Below, one piece after another: positions 29,667-39,506 of a DNA stretch of 64,000 bases. Source of the DNA: Syntrophales bacterium (GTDB taxonomy: Bacteria > Desulfobacterota > Syntrophia > Syntrophales > UBA6807); the NCBI GenBank assembly GCA_040767195.1, contig JAXGPA010000006.1, positions 64,001-128,000 of the forward strand, in the 5' to 3' direction. The notes below the pieces were generated by a model that did not search any database, was not told where the DNA came from, and saw only the letters and a list, made by a program, of their open reading frames with translations. The number at the start of each line of letters is the position of its first letter. Position 1 is the first letter of the stretch. Both the position numbers and the translations under genes were made by a program.

Positions 29667-32263
29667 ACGAGCTTTTCCAGTTCGACGGCGAAGAAGACGA
29701 TGGATGACAGGAGAAGGGTCATGACGAGTTCCGCGAGGGTCAGGGGGGCCGTCTTGAACACGGGGTTCAGGGCGGGAACGTAAATGGTCGCCATCTGCAG
29801 GAGAAACGTCAGGACAAAGGCGCCCAGAAGGGGCCTGTTCGACCACAGCCCCTGCCTGAAAAGGGACTCAGACTCGGATCGTATGGCCATGACGTGGCCC
29901 ATCTGGCTCAGGCACAGAACGGTGAACACCATGGTCTGCCAGTGGGCGAGACCGTTCTTGAGGGACCAGGCCTGCGTGAACAGGGTGACGAACCCCATGA
30001 GGAGCCCCACCCAGATGATGTGAACACCGAGCCCCCGGGCAAAAATGCTTTCCTGGGGATGCCGGGGCGGCCTTTCCATGACCCCCCTCTCCGCCGGCTC
30101 CGCCGCCAGGGCAAGGCCGGGAAGGCCGTCGGTGACGAGATTGATCCAGAGAATGTGAATGGGAAACAGGGGAATGGGAAGCCCCAGGAGGGGGGCGAGA
30201 AAGAGCGTCCAGATCTCCCCGGAGTTGCTTGTCATGGTGTACTTGATGAATTTGCGGATGTTGTCGAAGATCCGGCGCCCTTCCCTGACGGCCCTGACGA
30301 TGGTGGCGAAATTGTCGTCCAGGAGAACCATGGAGGCGGCTTCCTTCGAAACGTCCGTGCCGGTGATTCCCATGGCCACGCCGATATCGGCCCGTTTCAG
30401 GGCCGGCGCGTCGTTGACGCCGTCTCCCGTCATGGCGACGTACTGCCCCCGCCCCTGGAGGGCCGTCACGATTCGAAGCTTCTGCTCCGGGGCCACCCGG
30501 GCGTAGACCCGGATCCCCTCGACCCGCTCCATGAACGCCTCCTGGGACATCCCGGCCAGTTCCCGGCCCGTCACGACGGCGCCATCACCGTCCTCCAGCA
30601 TCCCCAGGCGGCGGGCAATGGTTTCAGCGGTCACCGGGTGGTCTCCCGTGATCATCACCGCGTGGATGCCCGCCCGCCGGCAGAGGGCCACGGCTTCGGC
30701 GGCCTCCTCGCGGGGCGGGTCCATCATTCCCACCAGGCCGAGAAAGACCAGGTCGTCCTCCACGTTCGCCGGCGACAGGTCACCGGGAACGGCCGTCCAT
30801 CTCCTCATGGCCACGGAAAGCACCCGCAGGCCCTCGGCGGCCATCCGGTCATTGATTCTACGGACCCCGTCGGCATCGAGGTTTTCGAGCCCCCGGGATG
30901 TCCAGACGCGCCGGGCCTTTTCCAGGAGAACGTCGGTGGCCCCCTTCGTGAAGGACACGGAGCCGCCCGGCCACTCGTGAAAGGTGGTCATGCATTTCCT
31001 TTCCGAATCGAAGGGGATTTCCGCGATCCGCCGGTGCCGGGCCTGGAGGTCCTCTTTCAGGTATCCATGGCGCCGGGCCATGTTGTAAAGGGCTGTTTCT
31101 GTCGGGTCCCCCGTGACGTCGCCGCCGGCGACCTCCCGGGCATCGTTGCAGAGCGCCAGGGCCGCCATGAGAACGGCGGCGGGGGTATCCTCCCCCCCGG
31201 GGGCGGGAAGGCGTTCCGCCCGGACCTGTTTACCGTCCACGTAGATTTCCGCCACCGTCATTCGGTTCATGGTGAGGGTTCCCGTTTTGTCGGAGCAGAT
31301 GTAGGTCACGGAACCAAGGGTTTCCACGGCGGGAAGCCTGCGGATGAGGGCGTTGAGACGGACAAGTTTCCGGGCCCCCAGGGCCAGGGCAATGGTAACG
31401 ACGGCGGGAAGCGCCTCGGGAATGGCCGCCACGGCGAGAGAAATCGCGGTGAGCAGCATGAGCATGAAAGGCTCTCCCCGAAGGAGGCCGATGACCAGGA
31501 TAACGGCACAGACGGCGAGGACGGCCAGGGCGAGTTTCCGGCCGAAATGGGCAAGCTTTTTCTGAAGGGGTGTTTCGCCCTCCCCCGCCTCCTGGAGCAT
31601 GGCGGCGATCCTGCCGAACTCCGTGTCCATCCCCGTGGCGACCACGATCCCCTGGCCCCGCCCGGCAGTGACGAACGTCCCCTTGTAGGCCATGTTCCGC
31701 CGGTCTCCCAGGGGCAGGTGCCCCGTTTCCAGGGCGTCGACCCTCTTCTCCACGGGCATGGACTCACCGGTCAGGGCCGCTTCCTCCAGCGACAGCTGCA
31801 CCGCCTCGGCAAGTCTCATGTCGGCCGGTATCACGTTTCCCGCCTCGAAGACAACCCAGTCACCGGGGACGAGATCTTCCGCGGGAACCTGGACAGCCCG
31901 CCCATCCCTCACGACGGTCGCCCCGTGGGCCGCCATTTTTTTCAAGGCCTCCATGGCCCGGTCGGCCCGGTATTCCTGGACAAACCCGATGACCGCGTTG
32001 AGAACGACGATGACGACGATGGCGACGGTGTCTGTCAACTCGCCGATGAAGCCCGATACGAGGGCGGCGGCGATGAGGACCAGGATCATGAAATCCTTGA
32101 ACTGGTCCGCCAGCATGACGAGGGGCGTTTTCCGCTTCTTCTCGACGAGGGCGTTGGGACCGTGAACACCGAGGCGCCGGGACACCTCCGCCGCGGAAAG
32201 GCCCCTGGACGAGGTCCCCATGTCTTCCATCACCTGCCCCACGTCTCTTTCGTGCCACGCCAT
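29642..32263 (-). CDS. Cation-transporting P-type ATPase (type IIA, Ca2+-like)
   Basis: LTGES, AAIPEALP, CSDKTGTLT, FDSERK, GMMDPPR, MITGD, TGDGVNDAPALK, LWINLVTDG. Confidence 0.95.
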   Translation of the reverse strand: MAWHERDVGQVMEDMGTSSRGLSAAEVSRRLGVHGPNALVEKKRKTPLVMLADQFKDFMILVLIAAALVSGFIGELTDTVAIVVIVVLNAVIGFVQEYRADRAMEALKKMAAHGATVVRDGRAVQVPAEDLVPGDWVVFEAGNVIPADMRLAEAVQLSLEEAALTGESMPVEKRVDALETGHLPLGDRRNMAYKGTFVTAGRGQGIVVATGMDTEFGRIAAMLQEAGEGETPLQKKLAHFGRKLALAVLAVCAVILVIGLLRGEPFMLMLLTAISLAVAAIPEALPAVVTIALALGARKLVRLNALIRRLPAVETLGSVTYICSDKTGTLTMNRMTVAEIYVDGKQVRAERLPAPGGEDTPAAVLMAALALCNDAREVAGGDVTGDPTETALYNMARRHGYLKEDLQARHRRIAEIPFDSERKCMTTFHEWPGGSVSFTKGATDVLLEKARRVWTSRGLENLDADGVRRINDRMAAEGLRVLSVAMRRWTAVPGDLSPANVEDDLVFLGLVGMMDPPREEAAEAVALCRRAGIHAVMITGDHPVTAETIARRLGMLEDGDGAVVTGRELAGMSQEAFMERVEGIRVYARVAPEQKLRIVTALQGRGQYVAMTGDGVNDAPALKRADIGVAMGITGTDVSKEAASMVLLDDNFATIVRAVREGRRIFDNIRKFIKYTMTSNSGEIWTLFLAPLLGLPIPLFPIHILWINLVTDGLPGLALAAEPAERGVMERPPRHPQESIFARGLGVHIIWVGLLMGFVTLFTQAWSLKNGLAHWQTMVFTVLCLSQMGHVMAIRSESESLFRQGLWSNRPLLGAFVLTFLLQMATIYVPALNPVFKTAPLTLAELVMTLLLSSIVFFAVELEKLVKKRDRFI

Positions 32264-32605
32264 GGAGATTCCTCTTGCGAACATACGTTTCCCCGGGTAC
32301 GGGAAACAGCCCCGAGGCCCGGCGCGTCTTTCATCCGCCGGAGTCTTTTTCATAGACAATACGCCAACGGCTTGTCAATTCTAAAACGGTGGGGCGGGAC
32401 AGGAATGAATGGTCGTTCCCGGGAGAAGGCTGTTTCGGGAAAGGGGCTCCAGAAGAACCGGTGATGGGCTCTCCCGGGCCTGTTGACCGGAGCGTCGGCC
32501 TGTTGCCGGCGAGGGACACAGCTGCCGGCCGGACCGGGACGGGCCGCCGCCGGGGGCGCGCACCCGTCCCGGTTCACGCCGGGAAGCCAGATTTTCAGGC
32601 CTTGT

Positions 32606-33040
32606 CTATTCCGGTTTTTTGGGTTCTTTCGGGGGGCTCACGACGGCGATCCCGTCCATGACCATGGTGCCGTCCTGGTTTAAACACGACGTTCTCAGCC
32701 GGAGACGGTTTTTTTTGTCGTCCTTCTCGATGATCTCCACCCGGGCGGTCAGGGTGTCCCCGATCTTCACGGGGGCGATGAAGTCCACCTCCTGCCTCAG
32801 GTAGATCGTTCCCGGGCCGGGCAGGCTCGTTCCCAGGATGGTGGAGAACATGCCCGCCGAAAGCATGCCGTGGCAGATCCTCGTTTTCACGAAGGTGGTC
32901 TTGGCGTAGGATTCGTTGATGTGGATGGGATTCATGTCCCCCGTGATTCCCGCGTAAAGATACACGTCCGACTCGGAAATGGTTTTACCGAACTCGGCGG
33001 TGTCGCCGATGTTCAACTGAGCTATTGTCTTGCCGATCAT
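32606..33040 (-). CDS. phaJ: MaoC-family (R)-specific enoyl-CoA hydratase, PhaJ-like
   Basis: GDMNPIH hydratase-2 motif, RICHGML, LPGPG; last gene of the PHA cluster. Confidence 0.8.
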   Translation of the reverse strand: MIGKTIAQLNIGDTAEFGKTISESDVYLYAGITGDMNPIHINESYAKTTFVKTRICHGMLSAGMFSTILGTSLPGPGTIYLRQEVDFIAPVKIGDTLTARVEIIEKDDKKNRLRLRTSCLNQDGTMVMDGIAVVSPPKEPKKPE

Positions 33041-33070
33041 TTCAGTCCCCCTCCTTTCGCTGGCCGTTTT

Positions 33071-34117
33071 TCAGAACCAGGTCTTGAAGATCCAGTAATT
33101 CTCCCGGAGATCCTGGATGTCGCTTTCCAGCCGGGAGTATAGCTTCACGTTCCGTATGGCGATCCCGCCGAAAAGGGCCAGGGCGCAGGCGAACTGGACT
33201 TCCTCCTCGGTGAACTCGCGGGGTACGGCACTGTAAAGGCGGAGGACGCCGATCACCTCTTCCTTCGACATGATGGGAACGGAGAGGATGGAGGCGATCC
33301 CTTCCCGGGTCTTTTCCTGCCGGTACTGGACGCCGGGATCCCGGGAGGCGTCCCGGACTGTGACGGGCCGGCCCTTGAGCGCCTCGGCGATGCTTTTTTC
33401 CGCCGACACGGGCCCTTTCTTGAGATATTCATCGGAGAGGCCGTGGCTCGCGGCCAGGCGCAGCGTCGTCCTGTCCTCGTCGAGGAGGCGGATGGAGGCG
33501 GCCTTGACGTCGAGGGCCCGGGACACGTCCTGCGTCAGGGTTTCCAGGATTTTTTCGAGATCCAGGCTCGACGCCATCCCGGCGGCGAGATCGTAGAAGA
33601 GTCTCGTCCTCTCCCGGATGTCGTCGACGAGACGGATGTTTTCGATGGCCATGCCCCCCTGCTCCGCCAGGATCGAGAGAAAATCGATCTCGCCTCTCGT
33701 GAAATCCCTCGGTTCCGCGGTGTATAGGGAAAGAACGCCGATCGCGTTTCCGCCCACCATGACGGGCACCACGAGAATGGTGGCGATACCCTCGGCCCGC
33801 TTGGCTTCCCGGTTCTCGAGCCGGGGATCGGAGAGGGCGTCCCGGAAGTGGAGATACCCCTTTTCCAGCAACGAGGCGTTGATCTCCCGGGCCTTTTGCG
33901 TGCTCGTGTGCATGTAGTCCGGGGACAGGCCCGTCTGGGCCCTGGCCACGTAGGTGTCCTTCTCCTCGTCGTACAGGAAAAGGCAGGCCGCCTTCGCCTC
34001 CATGGTTTCCACGGCGCTTTGCGTGATGACTTCAAGGAGGCGATCCTTGCCGCCCGTCAATGCGAAGGCCCGGCTGATCCGTCCGATCGCCTGAATCTTG
34101 TTCATTTTCTTTGCCAT
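33071..34117 (-). CDS. Tandem GAF-domain protein without output domain
   Basis: Two repeats ending (I/L).VP....IGVL.LY...PR.FT..E..F. Confidence 0.85.
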   Translation of the reverse strand: MAKKMNKIQAIGRISRAFALTGGKDRLLEVITQSAVETMEAKAACLFLYDEEKDTYVARAQTGLSPDYMHTSTQKAREINASLLEKGYLHFRDALSDPRLENREAKRAEGIATILVVPVMVGGNAIGVLSLYTAEPRDFTRGEIDFLSILAEQGGMAIENIRLVDDIRERTRLFYDLAAGMASSLDLEKILETLTQDVSRALDVKAASIRLLDEDRTTLRLAASHGLSDEYLKKGPVSAEKSIAEALKGRPVTVRDASRDPGVQYRQEKTREGIASILSVPIMSKEEVIGVLRLYSAVPREFTEEEVQFACALALFGGIAIRNVKLYSRLESDIQDLRENYWIFKTWF

Positions 34118-34140
34118 TCTTCGGGGAAACCTCCTTTACA

Positions 34141-35598
34141 TCAGGGTTTCTTCGCTCTTTTCGCCGGGGTCTTCCCCCTGGCCCTCGCTTTCGCTTCCGG
34201 GGCCTTTGGCGGGGCCGGAATCGATTCGGCGGGCGGGACCGACTCAGAGGGCCTCACCGCAACGGCAACATCCTCCTCCTTCTTCCCGGCGTCTGCCGGC
34301 GATTCCTTTACGGGTTCCGGCTCGGGCGCCATCGGGGCGACACGTTTCGCCTTCCTCCCGGTCTTTGCCCCCGGCTCCTTTGCAGATGCCGGCTCCGGCG
34401 CCGCCGCGGCGGCGCTTTTCTTTCCGCTGCCTGTCCGGGCCCGAGGCTTTTTCGCGCGGGCCGGTTTCGGTGCCGGCTCCCCGGCCTTCTCCTCGCCATC
34501 CCGCTCCCTGAGCCACCGGATGATCTTGGGGCCGAATTCCTTCTGGGTCTTGGAGCTGACATAGATCCCGATGTGCCCCGTGTCGAGGCACAGGTCCTCC
34601 TTGTCGGTGCTCCCGACCATGGACGTCGTCTTGTCGCAGGCCTCCGGCGGGACCAGGTGGTCGTACCGGGCGTAGATGTTGAGGATCGGCATGGTGATGT
34701 TTTTGAGATCCACCTTTTTCCCGCCCAGGACATACTCGTTCTTGATGAGGAGGTTCTTGAGGTACATGGCGTCGATGAACTCCCGGAAGGTCTCCCCGGG
34801 AAGGTCGGGGCTGTCGAAGATCCATTTCTCCATGCGGAGGAAGTTCTCGACGAAATCCCGGTTGTTCACGTTCTCGACAAAACCGACATACTTGTCGATG
34901 ATGAGCCGGGCGGGGTTGAGGAGAAGAAAGCCCAGGTTCATGAAATCGCCCGGGACGTTTCCGTAGGCATCCACGAGCTCGTCGGGGCTGATGGACCGGG
35001 CCCACACGTTGAGGAGGCTCTGCTCGGTGTCGAAATTCACCGGGGTCACCGTGGTGACGAGGTTTTTCACTTTTTCCGGGTGCTGGGCCGTGTACATGAC
35101 GCAGAAGGTCCCGCCCATGCAGATCCCCATGAGGTGGAGATGGGACACGCCGTGTTTTTTCAGGACGAAGTCGACCATGTCGTTCATGTAGCCGTTGATG
35201 TGGTCGTCCAGGGTCAGGTACCGGTCCTTCCGCGTGGCGTACCCCCAGTCGATCATGTATATTTCCAGGCCCGCCTGGAGAAAGGTCTCCACGACGCTCC
35301 GCCCCGGCTGGAGATCGAGCATGGTTTCCCGGTTCACCTGGGCATAGACGATGAAGAGGGGGAAATTGTAGCGCACTTCCTCCGGCCGGTAGTGCTTCAG
35401 CTGGACCCGGTCGTCCTCGTAGACGACCTCGTAGGGAGTCTTGGCGATGTCCGTCTTCAAGGGGCTGAGAAGGACTTCCCGGGCCTCCCTCATCCGCTCG
35501 GCCATCTTGATCGGTTCAACGGCCATCCTGGAAGCGAGAAGGTCCATGGTCATGCCCATCGGGCTGCTTTTGCGACCGGCCGTTTTATCGTTTTTCAT
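34141..35598 (-). CDS. phaC: Class III PHA synthase subunit PhaC with Ala/Pro/Lys-rich C-terminal tail
   Basis: LDLQPGRS, YMIDWG, GICMGG lipase box, MEKWIFDSPD, DHLVPP, TGHIG. Confidence 0.93.
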   Translation of the reverse strand: MKNDKTAGRKSSPMGMTMDLLASRMAVEPIKMAERMREAREVLLSPLKTDIAKTPYEVVYEDDRVQLKHYRPEEVRYNFPLFIVYAQVNRETMLDLQPGRSVVETFLQAGLEIYMIDWGYATRKDRYLTLDDHINGYMNDMVDFVLKKHGVSHLHLMGICMGGTFCVMYTAQHPEKVKNLVTTVTPVNFDTEQSLLNVWARSISPDELVDAYGNVPGDFMNLGFLLLNPARLIIDKYVGFVENVNNRDFVENFLRMEKWIFDSPDLPGETFREFIDAMYLKNLLIKNEYVLGGKKVDLKNITMPILNIYARYDHLVPPEACDKTTSMVGSTDKEDLCLDTGHIGIYVSSKTQKEFGPKIIRWLRERDGEEKAGEPAPKPARAKKPRARTGSGKKSAAAAAPEPASAKEPGAKTGRKAKRVAPMAPEPEPVKESPADAGKKEEDVAVAVRPSESVPPAESIPAPPKAPEAKARARGKTPAKRAKKP

Positions 35599-36496
35599 GA
35601 CCCCTTTCCCTCCTTTCGAGCGCTGTCAACCGCTTCTTGATCCTGTAGAGATCCTTGTACACCTCGTCCATTTCCCGGTTTGTCGGGATGGGAAGATCCT
35701 GGAGGAGGTCGATGAGAAACTGCTGCCGGACCTTCCGGTACTCGTAGAGGGCCTTCAGGGTCTCCCGGAGCGTGTCGATGTAATCGGGCGACCGGAGCAT
35801 GTCCAGGTATCTCTTTTCGAGTTTCCCGATCCAGGTCCGGTACCAGGCCCGGGGATCCTCGAGAATTTCCGCTTTCTTCCCCTCGCCGGAGAGCATTTCC
35901 TCCTCCATCATGAGGACCGACTCTTCGATGGGGGCATAGAAAAGGTGGGCGAAATCCATGAGCCGGCCCCGGAAGGCCTGGAAACGGTCGACGGTCAGGT
36001 TGAGGCGCTCCTGGTAATAGCGCATCAGGCCGAGCTGGGGCAGGTTGAGGTATTTCCGCATTTCCTCCTCGTAGGAGCCGAACCAGGCCCGGGATACCTT
36101 CCGGAAGAATTCAGAAATGTCCTCGAAGCTCTTTTTTCGCTCCTCCGACGCGGGCGGCGAAAAGGAGGCCAGCTGGTTCCACAGGGGTTCCATGATCTTC
36201 AGGGCCATTTCGGGAATAGCCCCCGACGGGGCGTCACCCGAACCCTGAAGGCTCCGGAAATAGGCCTGCCAGAACTGGTCGAAGGCCGCCCGGGGGTCTT
36301 CGCCGGCTCCCGGCTTCTTCCGGTCCGCCGTTCCCGCTTCACTGTCGGCCCCGGGAAAGCCCTGCCCCTCGGCGGCGGTCTTCATGACCCCGAACCACAG
36401 GTTGGCCGTCGATTCCCAGAAGTCGAGAGAGGCCCTCGTCAAGGACTCCAGGGGTTCGTTTTCCCCGCGGCCTCGTTCACGATCCTTTTCCGTCAT
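35585..36496 (-). CDS. phaE: Class III PHA synthase subunit PhaE
   Basis: LPQLGLMRYYQE, C-terminal LPIPTNREMDEVYKDLYRIKK; overlaps phaC start. Confidence 0.85.
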   Translation of the reverse strand: MTEKDRERGRGENEPLESLTRASLDFWESTANLWFGVMKTAAEGQGFPGADSEAGTADRKKPGAGEDPRAAFDQFWQAYFRSLQGSGDAPSGAIPEMALKIMEPLWNQLASFSPPASEERKKSFEDISEFFRKVSRAWFGSYEEEMRKYLNLPQLGLMRYYQERLNLTVDRFQAFRGRLMDFAHLFYAPIEESVLMMEEEMLSGEGKKAEILEDPRAWYRTWIGKLEKRYLDMLRSPDYIDTLRETLKALYEYRKVRQQFLIDLLQDLPIPTNREMDEVYKDLYRIKKRLTALERRERGHEKR

Positions 36497-37029
36497 GATT
36501 TTTTCCCCCTTCCCTCTTTCTTTTTCGTTTCCCCGCTTTTTTCACGCCTGTCCCGCGAGGCGCTCTCGAAGGCGGCGACATAGGATTTCATCAGTTCCTG
36601 GAACTGTTCCGTCTGGCGCGTCATGAGATCCTGAACGCCCTGGACGACCTCGTCCCGGGAGGCGTTTTCCCACCCCGCTTCCCCGCGGAGGCGTCCGATG
36701 ACCGCCTCCTGCTCCGCCACCTTTTCCTTCAGCCGCGCGCATTCCTCGGCGAGCTTCCGGTACTCCTCCCGGGGAACCATCCCCATGAGGTTCATGTATT
36801 CCTCGTAGGATTTCCGGAAATTCCGCAGGGCCTCTTCCCAGGCGTCACCGCCCCCTTCTTCCGGGGCCGGTTTCTCCTTGAGACCGTAAATTCCGGCGAG
36901 AAGATTCCCGAACTCCTGGAAGCCCTGGAACCCCTGCTCAATCCACCGGTTGAAGTCTTCCACCCGCCGCTGTCCTTTCGCGGCGGACAGGAGGACATTC
37001 CCCCAGAACTCGAGAAACCTGCTGTCCAT
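36493..37029 (-). CDS. Hypothetical coiled-coil protein in the PHA operon
   Basis: MDSRFLEFWGN..., GMVPREEY + coiled coil; GAGGTG RBS; 4-nt overlap with phaE. Confidence 0.75.
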   Translation of the reverse strand: MDSRFLEFWGNVLLSAAKGQRRVEDFNRWIEQGFQGFQEFGNLLAGIYGLKEKPAPEEGGGDAWEEALRNFRKSYEEYMNLMGMVPREEYRKLAEECARLKEKVAEQEAVIGRLRGEAGWENASRDEVVQGVQDLMTRQTEQFQELMKSYVAAFESASRDRREKSGETKKKEGRGKKS

Positions 37030-37043
37030 GCCGGTCACCTCTT

Positions 37044-38648
37044 TCAAGCCGCTTTCCTCGGGGTTGGCCTGCCCTTCCCGGCCGGGCCCGCCGCCTCGAG
37101 ATCGAGGTGGAACCGGACGGGACCCCGGTATCCTTCTTTCCCGAAAACGGTGTGAAGGGCGCATTCCGAGGTGGGATTGGACCAGGATGTGGCGATGGCG
37201 CCGTGCCCCCGCGGGAAAACGGTCACCTCGACGTCGATGTACTTCCGCGGCGCCAGGGCGGCCTCGGGGTTAACCAGGTCGTCCTTGGCGGCGTAACACA
37301 GGAGCCACGGGATGTTCCTCTCCGGGATTCCCTTGAAATTCAGCGTTTTTCCGAAAAGCTTGACCGGAAGCGTCCCGTCCGGGGTAACGGGAACCGTGTA
37401 GGAGTCGAAACTGAGCTGGGTGATGCCCCTGGGCAGGTCGTTCCTCTCGTACATGAGCCAGTGATTCAGGGCCGCGGCGGTTTTGCTGACCTTCACTTCG
37501 CTGTCGTCGGGCCGGTCGAACATCATGAGATCCCGGTAAAAGGTGTGAATGGGGGATTCCTTGTCCATGCTCTTCAGCTTGTACACCCAGCTCATGACCT
37601 TGCCGTCCACGACCTCCCCGACGCCGGGGAGGGCCTTGAGGGCATACCCCAGGTCCCGGAAGCGCAGGGGAATGTGCTCGAGATACTCGACCAGGGACTG
37701 GCTTTCCGTTCCGTCCATGGGGGCGACGCAGGTGACGAGGGCGTCCACGAGGCCGTCGAGCTCACCGGAAAGAATGTCCAGGACGGCCATGAATCCGCCC
37801 TGGCAGAAACCGTTCAGGGTGACCGGCCGGCCGTGCCTTTTCATGACCGTTTCACAGAAAAGCCGGGTGTCCCGGGCGTCGTCTTCGCCTGTCATGACCG
37901 CGAGGGCGGGCGTCACAGCCACATCCTTCATGATCCGGATGTAGGTGGGAGTACCCTGGTTGGCGAAGGCATGGGTGTAGCTTTTCCCTTCCCCGGGCAG
38001 AAAAGCGAGGATGTTCGCCCCGAGCACGTACGGGGGGATGATAACCACGGGCTTGCCGTCTTCCCGTGACGTGACGGCGGGGTCCGTGGGAAACACCCGG
38101 TAGAGAATGAACCGGTCCGTTTCCGCCACCCGCTCGTAGCCGCCGTTTTCGAAATGAAACCCGAACTCGGAGGCGATGTTCCGGATCTCGCGGCTGTAAT
38201 TGTACACCAGTTCCTCGAAGATCTTTGCCTTTCTTTCCGAGTAGGCCAGGATATCCGGGCCTTCCGTCCCGGTGCAGGTGTTAAGCAGCGCCGTGAAAGC
38301 TCTCGCCCATTCCCTGGCATGGTATTCGTTGACGGAACGGATGGTGCTTAAAAGCCCTGTTTTGGCGATCTGGAGGTTGAAATAAAAAAGCTCAAGATAG
38401 TCACGGGCCGTGTCTTCCGGGGCATGATCGCCGATCTTGACCTTTTCCATGGCCTGAAAGGATTTCAGGGCCACCCAGAAAGGTTCCATGAAATCGAAGT
38501 AATACTGCCAGAGCCCGTTGATGCAGGTCTGAGATGCCTTGACCTGCTCGAATGCCGCAAGAACGGCCTTCCTGTTCAGGTCGGTCATCTTCTCCTGAAA
38601 CCGGAGAACCTCTTCCGCCACTTCCATGGGAACCATGCCCCTTTCCAT
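37044..38648 (-). CDS. PhaC-like alpha/beta-hydrolase-fold protein
   Basis: PVVIIPPY, GFCQGG nucleophile elbow, DDLV, GHGA (putative Cys-Asp-His triad). Confidence 0.75.
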   Translation of the reverse strand: MERGMVPMEVAEEVLRFQEKMTDLNRKAVLAAFEQVKASQTCINGLWQYYFDFMEPFWVALKSFQAMEKVKIGDHAPEDTARDYLELFYFNLQIAKTGLLSTIRSVNEYHAREWARAFTALLNTCTGTEGPDILAYSERKAKIFEELVYNYSREIRNIASEFGFHFENGGYERVAETDRFILYRVFPTDPAVTSREDGKPVVIIPPYVLGANILAFLPGEGKSYTHAFANQGTPTYIRIMKDVAVTPALAVMTGEDDARDTRLFCETVMKRHGRPVTLNGFCQGGFMAVLDILSGELDGLVDALVTCVAPMDGTESQSLVEYLEHIPLRFRDLGYALKALPGVGEVVDGKVMSWVYKLKSMDKESPIHTFYRDLMMFDRPDDSEVKVSKTAAALNHWLMYERNDLPRGITQLSFDSYTVPVTPDGTLPVKLFGKTLNFKGIPERNIPWLLCYAAKDDLVNPEAALAPRKYIDVEVTVFPRGHGAIATSWSNPTSECALHTVFGKEGYRGPVRFHLDLEAAGPAGKGRPTPRKAA

Positions 38649-38663
38649 ACGCCTTCCCTCTTC

Positions 38664-38927
38664 TTATCCTTCCTTGGGAAAGAAGGTCTCGACGCGCTTG
38701 AAGTTCTCATCCACCGTCTTCTTGAAGGCATCGAAGCCGGTCCGGTAGAGCTTCGACCACTCGGTGATGGCCTTTCTTCTCTCCGCGTCCCTGCCCGTCG
38801 CCTGGGTCAGGTACATGTCAATGACTTTCTCCATCTGCTCCTGGATCATGGTCATGGTGGAAAAAGCGCTGTCAAAAGTCGCCTTGTTCATGTCGATCAT
38901 CTGTTTGAGGGTTTTTCTCGAATCCAT
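38664..38927 (-). CDS. Phasin-like small protein
   Basis: 87-aa helical protein, paralog of 38961-39236 (QMIDMNKATFD, FKKTVDENF), next to phaR. Confidence 0.7.
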   Translation of the reverse strand: MDSRKTLKQMIDMNKATFDSAFSTMTMIQEQMEKVIDMYLTQATGRDAERRKAITEWSKLYRTGFDAFKKTVDENFKRVETFFPKEG

Positions 38928-38960
38928 TGTCGGTCTCCTTTCCTGAAACCTTTTCCTTTT

Positions 38961-39236
38961 CTACTTTTTTTCCTTTTCTTCCGTGGCGAAGTACCGGTCC
39001 AGCCGGGCGAAACTCTCGTCAACGGTCTTCTTGAAATCCTGGCTGCCCTTCTTGTAGGCGTTTACCCAGTCCCGGACCGCCTTTTTCCCTTCCTCGGGAA
39101 ATCCCGCGGCCTGGTCGAGGTACATGTCCATCATCCTCTGGGACTGCTCCTGAAGCATGGACAGGCCCTTGAACGAGTTCTCGAAGGTCGACCGGTAAAA
39201 ATCCAACGTCTGCTTGGCCATTTTCTTGGGATCCAT
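38961..39236 (-). CDS. Phasin-like small protein
   Basis: KQTLDFYRSTFENSF, FKKTVDESF; GGAGGTG RBS; paralog of the downstream gene. Confidence 0.7.
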   Translation of the reverse strand: MDPKKMAKQTLDFYRSTFENSFKGLSMLQEQSQRMMDMYLDQAAGFPEEGKKAVRDWVNAYKKGSQDFKKTVDESFARLDRYFATEEKEKK

Positions 39237-39506
39237 GTGAATCACCTCCATTTATTTTGTAAATCTGAACCTGAATATAAACCCCGTTTTGACCCTTGTC
39301 AAGATATTTTTTTTGCATTGCAACATTTTTTCTCCCGAGTCGCCGTGATTAAAATAAAATGAGTTATTAAAAGAAATTATTGTTGCAATATTTTTTCAAA
39401 TTGGTTACAAGTTTCAGAATTGATATTGCAATGAAGCAATAATGAGCGGGCGGTGTTGCCCCGGCGGGCATCGAGCCCCTTCGCTTGAGAAATCGGGGAG
39501 CAAAGG

